From the NCBI GenBank assembly GCA_037447435.1, contig JBBIGR010000027.1:1-64000 (forward strand): DNA of 64,000 nucleotides. Direction: 5' to 3'. The stretch comes from Fibrobacteria bacterium (GTDB lineage Bacteria; Fibrobacterota; Chitinivibrionia; Chitinivibrionales; FEN-1185). Shown piece by piece: positions 28,396 to 38,040 of the stretch (position 1 is the stretch's first letter; each line of letters begins with the position of its first letter). Below the pieces are notes generated by a model. That model saw nothing but the letters and a program-made list of their open reading frames with translations, had not been told where the DNA came from and did no database searches. The translations under genes and the position numbers were made by a program.

Positions 28396-29559
28396 CTATT
28401 TCTGTTTCTGTAAATAAACTCCCGAAGCGGCATGTTTACTTTGTACTACTTTGACCGACTTCGCTTTTAATCCCGGAACCGAAACCTGGCGACCAAGTGC
28501 ATCGACTGCGTTTCGATCGTTGGATAAAGCAGGTCTGGTTGACTCCGTTTGCGAAGCAACGGTTTGGTGATTACGGAAAGCGTGGACGTCGGTTGTGTTT
28601 TGTTCGAGCGGCGTCATAATGCCGTTCCGGTCATCGTACAAAAGAGCCGTATTGAGACTGTCGAGGACAAGAATTCCTTGCAACGAAGAAGTGATCGCGG
28701 GCTTGTTCCATTGCCAGACTATTGCCCCGGTCGGATCAAATTCGAGCAACTCGATTCCTTTTGTCGCATTGCCGGCCCCGTGCCCTTCCCAATTTGCGAC
28801 AACGCAATTTCCGTTAGTCAACAGTTGGAACATCGCATAAAAATAAGGATTTACGCCGGTCGGTTGTGGAACTGCGCCGAATTTTCTCGCAATGGTTTTC
28901 TGTGGAGTGATTTCGGCCATGAATGCGCCGTATCCAGCCGACGCAAGTATATTCCCGTTATCGAGGCGAATGGCCTTCCACATATGTTGGAAACCCGCAA
29001 CATACATGCTCCAAATAAACGTACCCGTAGTGCTTGACGTGTCGGCTTCTTTGAGCGTATCGTTGCATGCAACGAGAAATGTCCCGGTTTTGGTTTGTCG
29101 AACAAGACGGGAATACGTACCGGGATAGACTATTTTCTTTTTAATGACATTATTGGAATCGACCTTTAACAGAACAACGCCTTTGGAATTATTGAGATCG
29201 ACGCCGACTATAACCGAATAGCCGCCCGGCAATCGGCGCACCGATGAAACGCTATCGTATGTAGAGACATCGCGCTTCACCGCACCCGTAGTAATATCGT
29301 ACTCGGTAAACCCGTTGGTGTGGCCGATTAAAATCCGATTGTTACCAACAAGCTGCATATCGCGCGGGGCATTTTTATTCAGTGTTTTGATCCAATTTTT
29401 AGTCGAATCGTTTTCATTGACATAGAGTAAATTGTTAAGCCCTTCATCGATCGCGATAAAGGAATGCTTGATTGCAAAAACACCGGTTACGGAAAAAAGG
29501 ATAAAAAGCAACGTTTTGAATCGGAATAAACTCGAAAAACGATGTGCGGAAAAAGTCAT
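28396..29559 (-). CDS. Secreted putative beta-propeller protein with C-terminal sorting-like tail
   Basis: Signal peptide, repeated RL.NGN.L / GAIVWQW blade-like units and a DALGRQV tail. Confidence 0.65.
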   Translation of the reverse strand: MTFSAHRFSSLFRFKTLLFILFSVTGVFAIKHSFIAIDEGLNNLLYVNENDSTKNWIKTLNKNAPRDMQLVGNNRILIGHTNGFTEYDITTGAVKRDVSTYDSVSSVRRLPGGYSVIVGVDLNNSKGVVLLKVDSNNVIKKKIVYPGTYSRLVRQTKTGTFLVACNDTLKEADTSSTTGTFIWSMYVAGFQHMWKAIRLDNGNILASAGYGAFMAEITPQKTIARKFGAVPQPTGVNPYFYAMFQLLTNGNCVVANWEGHGAGNATKGIELLEFDPTGAIVWQWNKPAITSSLQGILVLDSLNTALLYDDRNGIMTPLEQNTTDVHAFRNHQTVASQTESTRPALSNDRNAVDALGRQVSVPGLKAKSVKVVQSKHAASGVYLQKQK

Positions 29560-29656
29560 GGTAAACCCTTTTTAGGGAAAATTGAAATTTCTTTCCCCCG
29601 CCCCCAGGTTTAAAAAAAATACATGATTAAGAAACAGGGAGTATCTTTTAAAAACC

Positions 29657-30676
29657 ATGAAAATAATGCAAATGCTTTTATGTTTGCTGCTATCCCTTTC
29701 GATTTGCAGGGCGCAGCAAATCCAAATCGAAGGCCTCATCCCCTTTGATATCGATAAATCTGCCGTCACCGCCGACTATTATCGCTATTTCAGGGCATTG
29801 GCGCCTTCTCGACAACCCGACAACAAGCTCCTTCGCATCGAATATCTTGCGTCACAAGAATCGGCCGTGCGCGATTTCGGCCTTCCCGAATGGGGCGGTG
29901 GCGGGGCAATCGGCAAGGACCTCATTGTCGTACCTACGGTGAACAAGCCTTTTTTAGACCTCAGTTATGCCCAGGTAACGAGGCATGAACTTGTCCACAT
30001 CGTATTGAACAGGGCTTTTCCCACATTTTCGATTCCTCGTTGGTTCCATGAAGGTACTGCCATGGCATTGAGCGGCGAGTTGTCTTTTGAAGAAAATATC
30101 GTCATTTCAAAGGCGATTTTCACCGGCAGCATCGTAAAACTTTCCTCCATAGACTCGGTGAATTATTTCGGCAGAAACAAAGCAGATCTCGCCTACAGCC
30201 AAAGCCATGCCGCAGTATTGTTTCTAATCGACAATTACGGTATAGAAGTTTTACCGGAACTATTGAATGCGGCCCGGAAAACCGGCAGCTTTTGGCAAGG
30301 GGTTTACAATGTATTATCGATTTCACCGGACGAATTCGAAAAACTCGTCCGGGCCTCATTAACTTCAAAATATAGCCTGCTTTTCATATTTACCGATTAT
30401 TATGCCTTTTGGATAGGAATCGTCGGTTTGTTTTTAATTGCGGTCATTGTGACGGTCGTACGGAAAAAAAAGCAGTTTCAAATCATGGAACAATCGGAAG
30501 TTGCAGATACATTACCGGGATCTTCCGAAACAAATTACGCTGCTCACCGCAATGGTCCCCATTCAATTCAAGAAGAGGCAGACGATGATCCTATTGAATT
30601 GAGCGACGAAATCGAATTGGAGGAGGAAGAGCCGAATGACGAGGGTGAATCCGCTGATTTCCATAACAATAAATAG
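29657..30676 (+). CDS. Peptidase MA-family metallopeptidase-like membrane protein
   Basis: RHELVH plus PRWFHEG and LAYSQS motifs; signal peptide, C-terminal TM helix and acidic tail. Confidence 0.8.
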   Translation: MKIMQMLLCLLLSLSICRAQQIQIEGLIPFDIDKSAVTADYYRYFRALAPSRQPDNKLLRIEYLASQESAVRDFGLPEWGGGGAIGKDLIVVPTVNKPFLDLSYAQVTRHELVHIVLNRAFPTFSIPRWFHEGTAMALSGELSFEENIVISKAIFTGSIVKLSSIDSVNYFGRNKADLAYSQSHAAVLFLIDNYGIEVLPELLNAARKTGSFWQGVYNVLSISPDEFEKLVRASLTSKYSLLFIFTDYYAFWIGIVGLFLIAVIVTVVRKKKQFQIMEQSEVADTLPGSSETNYAAHRNGPHSIQEEADDDPIELSDEIELEEEEPNDEGESADFHNNK

Positions 30677-32136
30677 CCAGCCAATGAAAACAAGAACAGG
30701 CAAACGGGCATTATCCAAAGAAAACGGATATGGAAATTTTTGGCAATCCCGCTCCACATGGTCGAAAGTCCCCTGAATTTTTCAAATTCAGTAAAGTCAA
30801 GCGAATCGCCCCGCATACGGACTTTAAAAACCTGCTCGTAATAGGCTGGCGGATTGGTTAAACCGAAATCCCCGGCACAGTATACTTCGGGTTTGTTTTG
30901 AATCTTATTATAAAACAGCTTTGACCCGGTGACCACGTCGGAATAGCGCAACGACCAATAGTTTTTTTGAAAATGGTCTATTTGCTGATACCACACTAAA
31001 GAACCGATGGCATTAACATACAATGCGGCCAAAAGTAGCGGACATATTAGGATGAGTTTCCATTTCCTGCCTCTGATTCTTGCGAGGTATTCGGGAAGAA
31101 ATATATGAAGCATGATTAATACCGGAACAATTAAGCGCGGCCCCCAGCACCAACCGCCGTGCCAATCGCGCCACTTTGCATATAGTACAATGTTCGCCGC
31201 AGCGAACCCGAGAACAATTATGGTTGTCGGTTTGAATTTTTTATAACACCACGGTATTGCCAGTATCGATACGATGATCAGCGGTGAAAAAATAAAAACC
31301 GAGCGGGAGGGAGAAAAAAGTATCCCGAAAAGTCCGGATAAAAGCGGAGTGGTGAACACTGTTTGTTCTTCGCCGTATCCGGAATTGAATAAATTTCCGA
31401 ACCGCACGTAGTTAAAAATTAAATATGATAACCCGGTAACCGAAACGATACTAAAAAAGGCCGCAACACCTTTAACCGAACGTTCCCGTTTAAAAAACAG
31501 CCACAGTATATACAGCGCAATTCCGCAACTGTATAGAAAATTCCCGACCTTAACAAGTAATAGCATCGTGGCAATCGCCGCACAATAACCGCCGTATGCA
31601 GCCGTGAGTTTGCGGTTTTGCGCAACCGACAATAAAAACAGGAGTAACAGAAGCACCGTTGGAGTTTCGGCATGGAGGATTTTTGAATACGGGAGCAGTA
31701 TCGATGCGCAGGCAATGCATGCAAGGGATACAAGCGAGACCTTCCGCGAATATCCCAGCGTCATGAAAATCAGATGCAAGACAGTCACGATTGCCGCGGC
31801 AAATATTGTATTTGTAAAGCTGTAAACGGCTTGTTCGCAATAATCCGGATTGATTTTAAATAATCTGCTGCAGCCTTTTGCAAAAGCGATTTGCGGTACA
31901 AAAAGCGCGGCGTAGCCGATGCCGAAATTGCTGTAAAAAAAGCCTCCCCGGCCTAAAACAAGGTAACTTAAATTCGGATGCGGGGGTATTGCGATCGAAC
32001 CGCGAAAAACCATCGATTGTGCGGTGAGGATGCTGTATTCGGTATCGGACGGCGTTTGCCCCATAGGAGCGAAAATTGCGAAAAAAGAAAAGGCCGAGAA
32101 AAAAAGGACGGTCCGTTCAATGCACGTGCTTTTCAT
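30568..32136 (-). CDS. Multi-pass membrane protein, GT-C (lipid-linked sugar) glycosyltransferase-like
   Basis: Many TM helices, early SDTE acidic loop, FNYVRFGN..GYG, LFSPSRSVFIFSP and WHGGWCWGPRL. Start re-called at MKSTCI. Confidence 0.7.
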   Translation of the reverse strand: MKSTCIERTVLFFSAFSFFAIFAPMGQTPSDTEYSILTAQSMVFRGSIAIPPHPNLSYLVLGRGGFFYSNFGIGYAALFVPQIAFAKGCSRLFKINPDYCEQAVYSFTNTIFAAAIVTVLHLIFMTLGYSRKVSLVSLACIACASILLPYSKILHAETPTVLLLLLFLLSVAQNRKLTAAYGGYCAAIATMLLLVKVGNFLYSCGIALYILWLFFKRERSVKGVAAFFSIVSVTGLSYLIFNYVRFGNLFNSGYGEEQTVFTTPLLSGLFGILFSPSRSVFIFSPLIIVSILAIPWCYKKFKPTTIIVLGFAAANIVLYAKWRDWHGGWCWGPRLIVPVLIMLHIFLPEYLARIRGRKWKLILICPLLLAALYVNAIGSLVWYQQIDHFQKNYWSLRYSDVVTGSKLFYNKIQNKPEVYCAGDFGLTNPPAYYEQVFKVRMRGDSLDFTEFEKFRGLSTMWSGIAKNFHIRFLWIMPVCLFLFSLAGYLLLWKSADSPSSFGSSSSNSISSLNSIGSSSASS

Positions 32137-32869
32137 GATGTTTGGGCATTTGCTCCCATAAATCGGGGTACAGCGTTCGGATGCAATCGGGACACAATGT
32201 GTGGGAAAAATCGACCTTACTTCTGTTCGTAAAATAAACCTCCACGGTGCTCCAATAACCGTGATCGTCGCGGATTTTTTTGCACGAGGCGCAAATGGGA
32301 AGCAGTCCGCGCAATGTCTCCACCTCATCAAGGGCCTTGCGCAGATCGGCGATGAGATTCGTTCGGTCGCGGTCGGCCTTGACGCGCGACGTAATGTCTT
32401 GCGATGTTATGATCGCGCCTTTTGCAAACGGCGCGATGGTGATGGAAATGACTTTGTCGTCGTACGGTAATTCGGGAAACGTACGGACTTCGCCGGTTTC
32501 CATGCATTCCATGAGCTGCGCATGCATATCGATGGAATGACGATTGGCATAATCCCGATACATGATGTCGCCGATTTTCGGCAAGCGGTCGCCGGAGTTT
32601 TTCTTTGCTTTGTTTGATTTCACGACCCTGCCGGATTCATTGACGACAACGGTCGTAACGGGAGAATATTGGAAAAGAGCGAAATTGAATTCCTCTTTTT
32701 CCCGCAGTAATTCAAATGAATCGCGATAATGCTGCTCCATTGCTTTATATTCGTCAATTTGCTGCTGGAGCTTTTGCACCTGGCCTTTTAATGACGCGAC
32801 AGTGTCCATGGCCTCATCCATTTGCTTTATCCTGATTTGTTCAATTAGCTTTTTTTTTCGTCCACGCAC
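32117..32869 (-). CDS. Coiled-coil/PAS domain protein with C-terminal Cys-rich LPICASCKKIRDD domain
   Basis: PAS-like region ending QDITSR, followed by LRGLLPICASCKKIRDDHGYW...FSHTLCPDC. Confidence 0.8.
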   Translation of the reverse strand: MRGRKKKLIEQIRIKQMDEAMDTVASLKGQVQKLQQQIDEYKAMEQHYRDSFELLREKEEFNFALFQYSPVTTVVVNESGRVVKSNKAKKNSGDRLPKIGDIMYRDYANRHSIDMHAQLMECMETGEVRTFPELPYDDKVISITIAPFAKGAIITSQDITSRVKADRDRTNLIADLRKALDEVETLRGLLPICASCKKIRDDHGYWSTVEVYFTNRSKVDFSHTLCPDCIRTLYPDLWEQMPKHHEKHVH

Positions 32870-32922
32870 AGCCGCACTTAATCTCGTACCGTGATTATAT
32901 CATATCGGGGCAAATTGTGGCA

Positions 32923-33573
32923 TCAAAAAAATTCCAAAATTTCATCGGGCTTTGCGATTATTTTTTTTGCACCGGTTGCAAGCAGTTCCTCTTTGGGGCG
33001 AAAACCCCACAAGACGCCAACGCCGAACATGCCGGAATTGACCGCTGTCTGCATGTCGATACCGGAATCGCCGACATACAGGCATTGCGCCGGGGCAACC
33101 CCAATTGTTTTCAAGGCCATATGTGCGATAAAAGGATCCGGCTTCGTCGGCCTGTCTTTTTGCTCCCCCAACACGACGGCGAACGGAATATGCGGAAAGA
33201 ATTCTGCTATCGACCTATCGGTGAGGTATTGCGGTTTATTGGTAATGACCCCGGTTTTGACCTTTTTCGCCGCCAATGTCTGCAGCAGTTCAACTACCCC
33301 GGAAAAAGGCCTTGTCTTCACAAGCAAACCTTTTCCGTATTCACGGTTAATTGCATTGAGGCAGGCAGCCGCATTTTCAGGCGTCTTTTTATCATCGGGC
33401 AATACCCGGTGCGCAAGGACATCGATGCCTTCGCCGACAAAATATTTATACGCAGATACCGGATGCTGCGCATAGCCGAGCCCGGCGAGCGCGGTATTGA
33501 CCGCGTGCGCGATGTCGGCAAGCGTATCGAGCAGCGTGCCGTCCAAATCAAATAATACGGCATTAAAACCCAT
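32923..33573 (-). CDS. HAD-family hydrolase (phosphoglycolate phosphatase-like)
   Basis: FDLDGTLLDT, ITNK, KPDP and YVGDSGID motifs. Confidence 0.92.
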   Translation of the reverse strand: MGFNAVLFDLDGTLLDTLADIAHAVNTALAGLGYAQHPVSAYKYFVGEGIDVLAHRVLPDDKKTPENAAACLNAINREYGKGLLVKTRPFSGVVELLQTLAAKKVKTGVITNKPQYLTDRSIAEFFPHIPFAVVLGEQKDRPTKPDPFIAHMALKTIGVAPAQCLYVGDSGIDMQTAVNSGMFGVGVLWGFRPKEELLATGAKKIIAKPDEILEFF

Positions 33574-33575
33574 AG

Positions 33576-34607
33576 CTATTCTTTCATAGAAAGCCGCAAT
33601 GCGGCGAGTTTTTCTTTTATATCAAAAAGGCGCTGTCCGCTTTTGGCAAACATGAGCCATCCTAAGACAACTTGCGGAATATTAACAAGAAGGAAGAAAA
33701 GGACCGAAAATCCGCTTGCGGCTGTTTTTTCGACGCCGAATGCAAGAAGTCCGACAACGCACAGGAATTGAAACGACCCGACGTTCGAAGGCGCGTTGGG
33801 AATGATAAGACCGACAAAAACAAAAAGCATGATAGCTGCGGCAACAATGAACGGTATATGAATGCCGTATGCGATGCAGATTATCCAAAAAGCAACAATA
33901 TGAAATAAAAGGTCGAGCGACGACACTGCGATTGCTGCGAAAAAATAGGGCGAACGGCCGATGGTTTGCATGCTGGAACGCATTTTTCCTATAAGGGAAA
34001 AAAACCAGACAAGCGGCTTCCAAAGCAATTGCGTGGCCTTGTCGTTCATTTTGATTTTTGGAGTGCGTACGACGAAAATGAAAAACAACGCAATGGCAAT
34101 GATAACGGCAACTCCGAGAATCCGTGCCGCATTTGCGATTTGAGGAGGTAGCGGCACGAAAAGCGCTACAGTGCCGACGCTGATCGCAAGCCAAATGCCG
34201 TCTATCAGGTATTCGGCAAGAAGCGAAGAAAAAATACTGGGAAACGGGGCGCGCGCAAATTGCGAGGCAATATAGGCTCGTGCAAATTCTCCCATTCGCA
34301 AAGGCAAAAGCAAATTGAGAAAAATTCCGGTATACAGCGATTGGAAGGTGCGAAAAAAAGAAATTTTTCCCAGCGGCCGCATTAAGAATGCCCACCGCAC
34401 GCTTTGTGAAATATATCTCCCGATGTCGACCATCACTCCGGCGAAAGCGAGGAGCCAATTGACATGTGAAACATCACGCCGAAGCGAGGAAACATTTATA
34501 TCGTGAAATACCCACACAAGCGCGGCAACGGCAACGGCATAACCGAAAATGGTGCCCCAAATCTGCTGTTTTGATGCATTGCGATTACTTTTGGTCATGG
34601 TTACCAT
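33576..34607 (-). CDS. Lysylphosphatidylglycerol synthase TM-domain (flippase-like) protein
   Basis: RW.FLM, NLLLPLRMGEFARAY and IPNAPSNVGSFQ motifs with many TM helices. Start re-called near MVTMTK. Confidence 0.85.
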   Translation of the reverse strand: MVTMTKSNRNASKQQIWGTIFGYAVAVAALVWVFHDINVSSLRRDVSHVNWLLAFAGVMVDIGRYISQSVRWAFLMRPLGKISFFRTFQSLYTGIFLNLLLPLRMGEFARAYIASQFARAPFPSIFSSLLAEYLIDGIWLAISVGTVALFVPLPPQIANAARILGVAVIIAIALFFIFVVRTPKIKMNDKATQLLWKPLVWFFSLIGKMRSSMQTIGRSPYFFAAIAVSSLDLLFHIVAFWIICIAYGIHIPFIVAAAIMLFVFVGLIIPNAPSNVGSFQFLCVVGLLAFGVEKTAASGFSVLFFLLVNIPQVVLGWLMFAKSGQRLFDIKEKLAALRLSMKE

Positions 34608-34653
34608 TCGCCTTGAGCGATACTCTACACGTGATCTATACGTCCATTGTGCA

Positions 34654-36468
34654 TTATGCGGGCGCCGTAAACGGCGACGGATCGTTGGAGGAAATAAATT
34701 TATCCAGCGCTTTTGACGACTGCAAACAGAAATTAAGGAAAATTTCCTTATCTTTCTGGGAAAAGCTTCTTGACATATATAAATCCAAGGATTTTTTGTC
34801 ATAGAGCGACAACGTTCCGATCACCCGACCGTTGCGCTCGAGATACATACATAATACCGATTTAGCGTCCACACCCGGCCACCCGTAGCTCGACTTTCCG
34901 AGGTCCTTGATAAGCACCGGCGTCTTGTTCAGGAGCACGTCACGGCTTACCATGCTGTCGAGCGCTTCCAGTTCTTTGAGATGGCCGTACGTTTTAAGCG
35001 AAAACGAATCTGCCACTTCAAGCGTTTCGGTAACCGTATTATACAATCGCAATATAGAGCTTTCGGCTTCCAATATGACGCACGCATGGGAAATAATGAG
35101 ATTGCCGCATTCCCGTCGGTTGCGAGCGGCCGCAAGATCGAATGAAACTTCGGAAATCGCCGAGAACTTGATCGATTGGACGCGAAACGATTCCATCTCC
35201 ATGTTTTTGGCCAAGTCGGCGGCAACCATGTCGCCGATTTTGAGGAGAATACCGCTTTCGTCTTTCATGTCGTCTTTGTCCGACAGAATGTGGAGGAAAA
35301 CAAGCCCTACCATTTCTTGGGCAACTTTAACCGGCTGCATCAGATACCATTTTTTGCGGCCGGCGTCGTTGTCGGGCACGGCAAGGCAAACGGTATCGTT
35401 AGCGTCAAGGACGCATTTCGAAAAATAGTCGTTGAGCTTAAGCTTTTTTCCTTTAATCAAATTCAAATTGAACGAGCTTGACGCTTTTGCCAAAAACACG
35501 CTTTTATCCGCATAAAAATCATAATAGTTGCAGATTTCTGCCCGAAACGCATTGGATATTTTAAGCAACATCAGATTGAGGCGCTCGTCGAACGGATATT
35601 TTAAGTTAAGGATATCGCGTACATTGTTAAGCAGCGACAGTAAAAAAGTGGAACTCGTCGTGCGCTCGTATTCCTTGGATGTTTTGATGATATCGGCGGT
35701 GAAATCGCCGAGCTTCTTGACATATGCAAGATCGTCTTCGGAGAAAATTCGTTCGCTGCGTTTACTGTTTATCGAAAGGACGCCGACGACTTCGTCTCCT
35801 ATGACAAGCGGCGTGCACAATGAAGAAAACAGGTCGCCGCGTTCGAATTCGGTTGCATAACGGTCTTTGTCGGCCGTGCCTTTAATAAGCAACGGTATGC
35901 CCGTTTTCGCAACCGTTCCGGCAATGCCCTTACCCACTTTTTGCGTAGTGGATTTGATTATTCCCATGTCAAGACCTTCGGCGATTTCGATTTTCAGGTT
36001 CTTTTTCAGAGCATCGAGAAGCATGATGGAGCCTGAATCCGCATTGCTGGAGCGGATCGCGACATTGAGAACGAGTTTGAGCAATTCCTCTTTGTTTTTA
36101 GACAGATAAATCGCCTCACGGATTTCGTGAAGGCTGTTCAGCAAGCGGCTTTTATCTTCGGTAAGCGAAGGGGCAAGCAACGTACGCGACCCTGTCGAAA
36201 ACAAAATCCGCGCGGAAAGCCCGCTTAAAATGTCGACATGCGGCAAATGCAGCTTCCGGAGTTTGCGGTAAACGCCGACGTCATTGGTCGTGTTTATGAT
36301 AATGTCAAGTTGCGGATACTGTTTAAGGTCATGCAGGTCTTCACATTCATGGTTGATGATTCGAATGACATTTGCACCGTCTGTTTCAAGAAGTTCAGAC
36401 AATACGGCCGCACTGTCGCGGCTGATTCCGACTATGGCGATAGTATGAGTTTTGGCTTTATGATGCAT
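34654..36468 (-). CDS. Multi-GAF domain sensory protein without recognisable output domain
   Basis: GAF signatures ADSGSIMLLD, GKGIAGTVAKTG, PLVIGDEVVGVLSINS and GRVIGTLSLYDK..FSQKDKE. The N-terminal IAIVG region is Rossmann-like. Confidence 0.8.
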   Translation of the reverse strand: MHHKAKTHTIAIVGISRDSAAVLSELLETDGANVIRIINHECEDLHDLKQYPQLDIIINTTNDVGVYRKLRKLHLPHVDILSGLSARILFSTGSRTLLAPSLTEDKSRLLNSLHEIREAIYLSKNKEELLKLVLNVAIRSSNADSGSIMLLDALKKNLKIEIAEGLDMGIIKSTTQKVGKGIAGTVAKTGIPLLIKGTADKDRYATEFERGDLFSSLCTPLVIGDEVVGVLSINSKRSERIFSEDDLAYVKKLGDFTADIIKTSKEYERTTSSTFLLSLLNNVRDILNLKYPFDERLNLMLLKISNAFRAEICNYYDFYADKSVFLAKASSSFNLNLIKGKKLKLNDYFSKCVLDANDTVCLAVPDNDAGRKKWYLMQPVKVAQEMVGLVFLHILSDKDDMKDESGILLKIGDMVAADLAKNMEMESFRVQSIKFSAISEVSFDLAAARNRRECGNLIISHACVILEAESSILRLYNTVTETLEVADSFSLKTYGHLKELEALDSMVSRDVLLNKTPVLIKDLGKSSYGWPGVDAKSVLCMYLERNGRVIGTLSLYDKKSLDLYMSRSFSQKDKEIFLNFCLQSSKALDKFISSNDPSPFTAPA

Positions 36469-36480
36469 ATGTTAAATGTA

Positions 36481-37866
36481 CTATTCAATACCAAAAAAAT
36501 TCAATAAAAGACGAACGCCGAATCCTGTCGCACCATTGGGAAGCTCCGCCTTAGCAGCTTCTTCCCGAAAAGCGGTCCCTGCAATATCGAGATGCGCCCA
36601 TGGTGTAGCGCCGGCAAACGCATGAATGAACGCAGCTCCCGTGATCGAACTCGCCCAGCCTTTTTTATGCGTCGATGTATTTCGCATATCGGCAATATCG
36701 CTCTTCAACGTCTCGCCGTATTCTTCGTAAAGCGGAAAGCGCCAAAGCCGTTCCTGCACCTTTTCTCCGGCATTCCAAAGTGAAGCCGCGAGTTTGTCGT
36801 CGTTTGCAAAAAGTCCGGCAACAACGCTTCCAAGGCTTACGATGACACCGCCGGTGAGCGTTGCCAAATCAATGATCCGGGCGGGATTATAAATGTCCTT
36901 GCAATATGCAATAGCATCCGCCAATACCAATCGGCCCTCGGCATCGGTGCTTGTTATTTCGACGGTTGTCCCATTATACGCTTTATAAACATCACCCGGG
37001 AAAAAGGCATTCTCGCCGATCGCATTATGCGCCAGGGCACAAACTCCCACAACATTGATTTTGGGCTTGAGCTCGGCCAGGGCTTTCATTGTTGCAAGAA
37101 CTGCGGCAGCACCGGCCATGTCTTCTCGCATGGTCTCTATGGATCCGGTCGGCTTTAAATTTTGGCCGCCGGAGTCGAAAGTTATTCCCTTGCCGATTAT
37201 GGCGGTTTTTTCTTTCGACGAAGGATTTCCCTTGTATTCTACAACGACAAGACGGGGCGGAAAAGGCGAGCCCTGCCCCACGGCAAAGAGTAATCCGAGC
37301 CCTTTTTTGACCAGGTCTTTTTCGGTAAGAACCGATATCGCCATTTTTCCTGCCTTGGCGATTTTTTTTGCCTGCGTTGCAAGAAATTCCGGATTTGCTA
37401 TATGGGCATTTTCATTGATGAGGTCGCGGCAAAACGTTACATTTTCGCAAATCGCGACGATTCGGCGAAGTGCATTTTTATCGATCCCTTCTCCGACAAG
37501 TTCCAGAGCATCCAGCAGCGTTGCTTTGTCTTTTTTATATTTGTCAAACGAATACGAGGCCAACAGCGCACCCTCAACGGCCGCGCCTCGAAATTCTTTT
37601 TGAGAAGGCTCAATAATGGATACTTCCGAACGCTTTAGCGTAAGAGCCTGTCGAATACCGCTGGCTGCAGCACTTCGGACCGTCGCTGAGGAGCATTCCG
37701 ATTTTTTACCCATACCGCAATAAATGACCGCCTTTTTACCTTCGTACCGGACAGTCACCGTGTTTTTTCCGGCCTCAAAATCCACGACCCTGTTTACCGT
37801 ATCGTCTTGCGATACAAACGTAACCTGCGTTTGAAAATGGGGATTTTTTGCAATTGTCAGTTTCAT
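36481..37866 (-). CDS. pepA: Leucyl aminopeptidase (M17)
   Basis: GKGITFDSGG, DMAGAA, STDAEGRL, DLATLTG and WAHLDIAG motifs. Confidence 0.93.
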   Translation of the reverse strand: MKLTIAKNPHFQTQVTFVSQDDTVNRVVDFEAGKNTVTVRYEGKKAVIYCGMGKKSECSSATVRSAAASGIRQALTLKRSEVSIIEPSQKEFRGAAVEGALLASYSFDKYKKDKATLLDALELVGEGIDKNALRRIVAICENVTFCRDLINENAHIANPEFLATQAKKIAKAGKMAISVLTEKDLVKKGLGLLFAVGQGSPFPPRLVVVEYKGNPSSKEKTAIIGKGITFDSGGQNLKPTGSIETMREDMAGAAAVLATMKALAELKPKINVVGVCALAHNAIGENAFFPGDVYKAYNGTTVEITSTDAEGRLVLADAIAYCKDIYNPARIIDLATLTGGVIVSLGSVVAGLFANDDKLAASLWNAGEKVQERLWRFPLYEEYGETLKSDIADMRNTSTHKKGWASSITGAAFIHAFAGATPWAHLDIAGTAFREEAAKAELPNGATGFGVRLLLNFFGIE

Positions 37867-38040
37867 AGCATTGCTTTCATTGAAAAATTTTTCATGTATT
37901 GCGAAGCCGAAAAGCACTTTCAGCGATTAAACCGCCACCATGCATAAGGCCCCCAACGGTCCCGGGGGCCTTTGCGCCGATCGGAGTTTCGCGCAGATAC
38001 TTTCTCTATAAGCACAAAACGTACGACCGCTGAAACTTTG

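Noticed and set aside
37930..37995. c-di-GMP-I (GEMM) riboswitch-like words (GCGCAAAG..., AUGGUGGCGG) upstream of pepA
   Set aside because: There is no GGCAAA-stem-GAAA-stem-GACGCAAA architecture or tetraloop receptor, so it is kept only as an unnamed structure.
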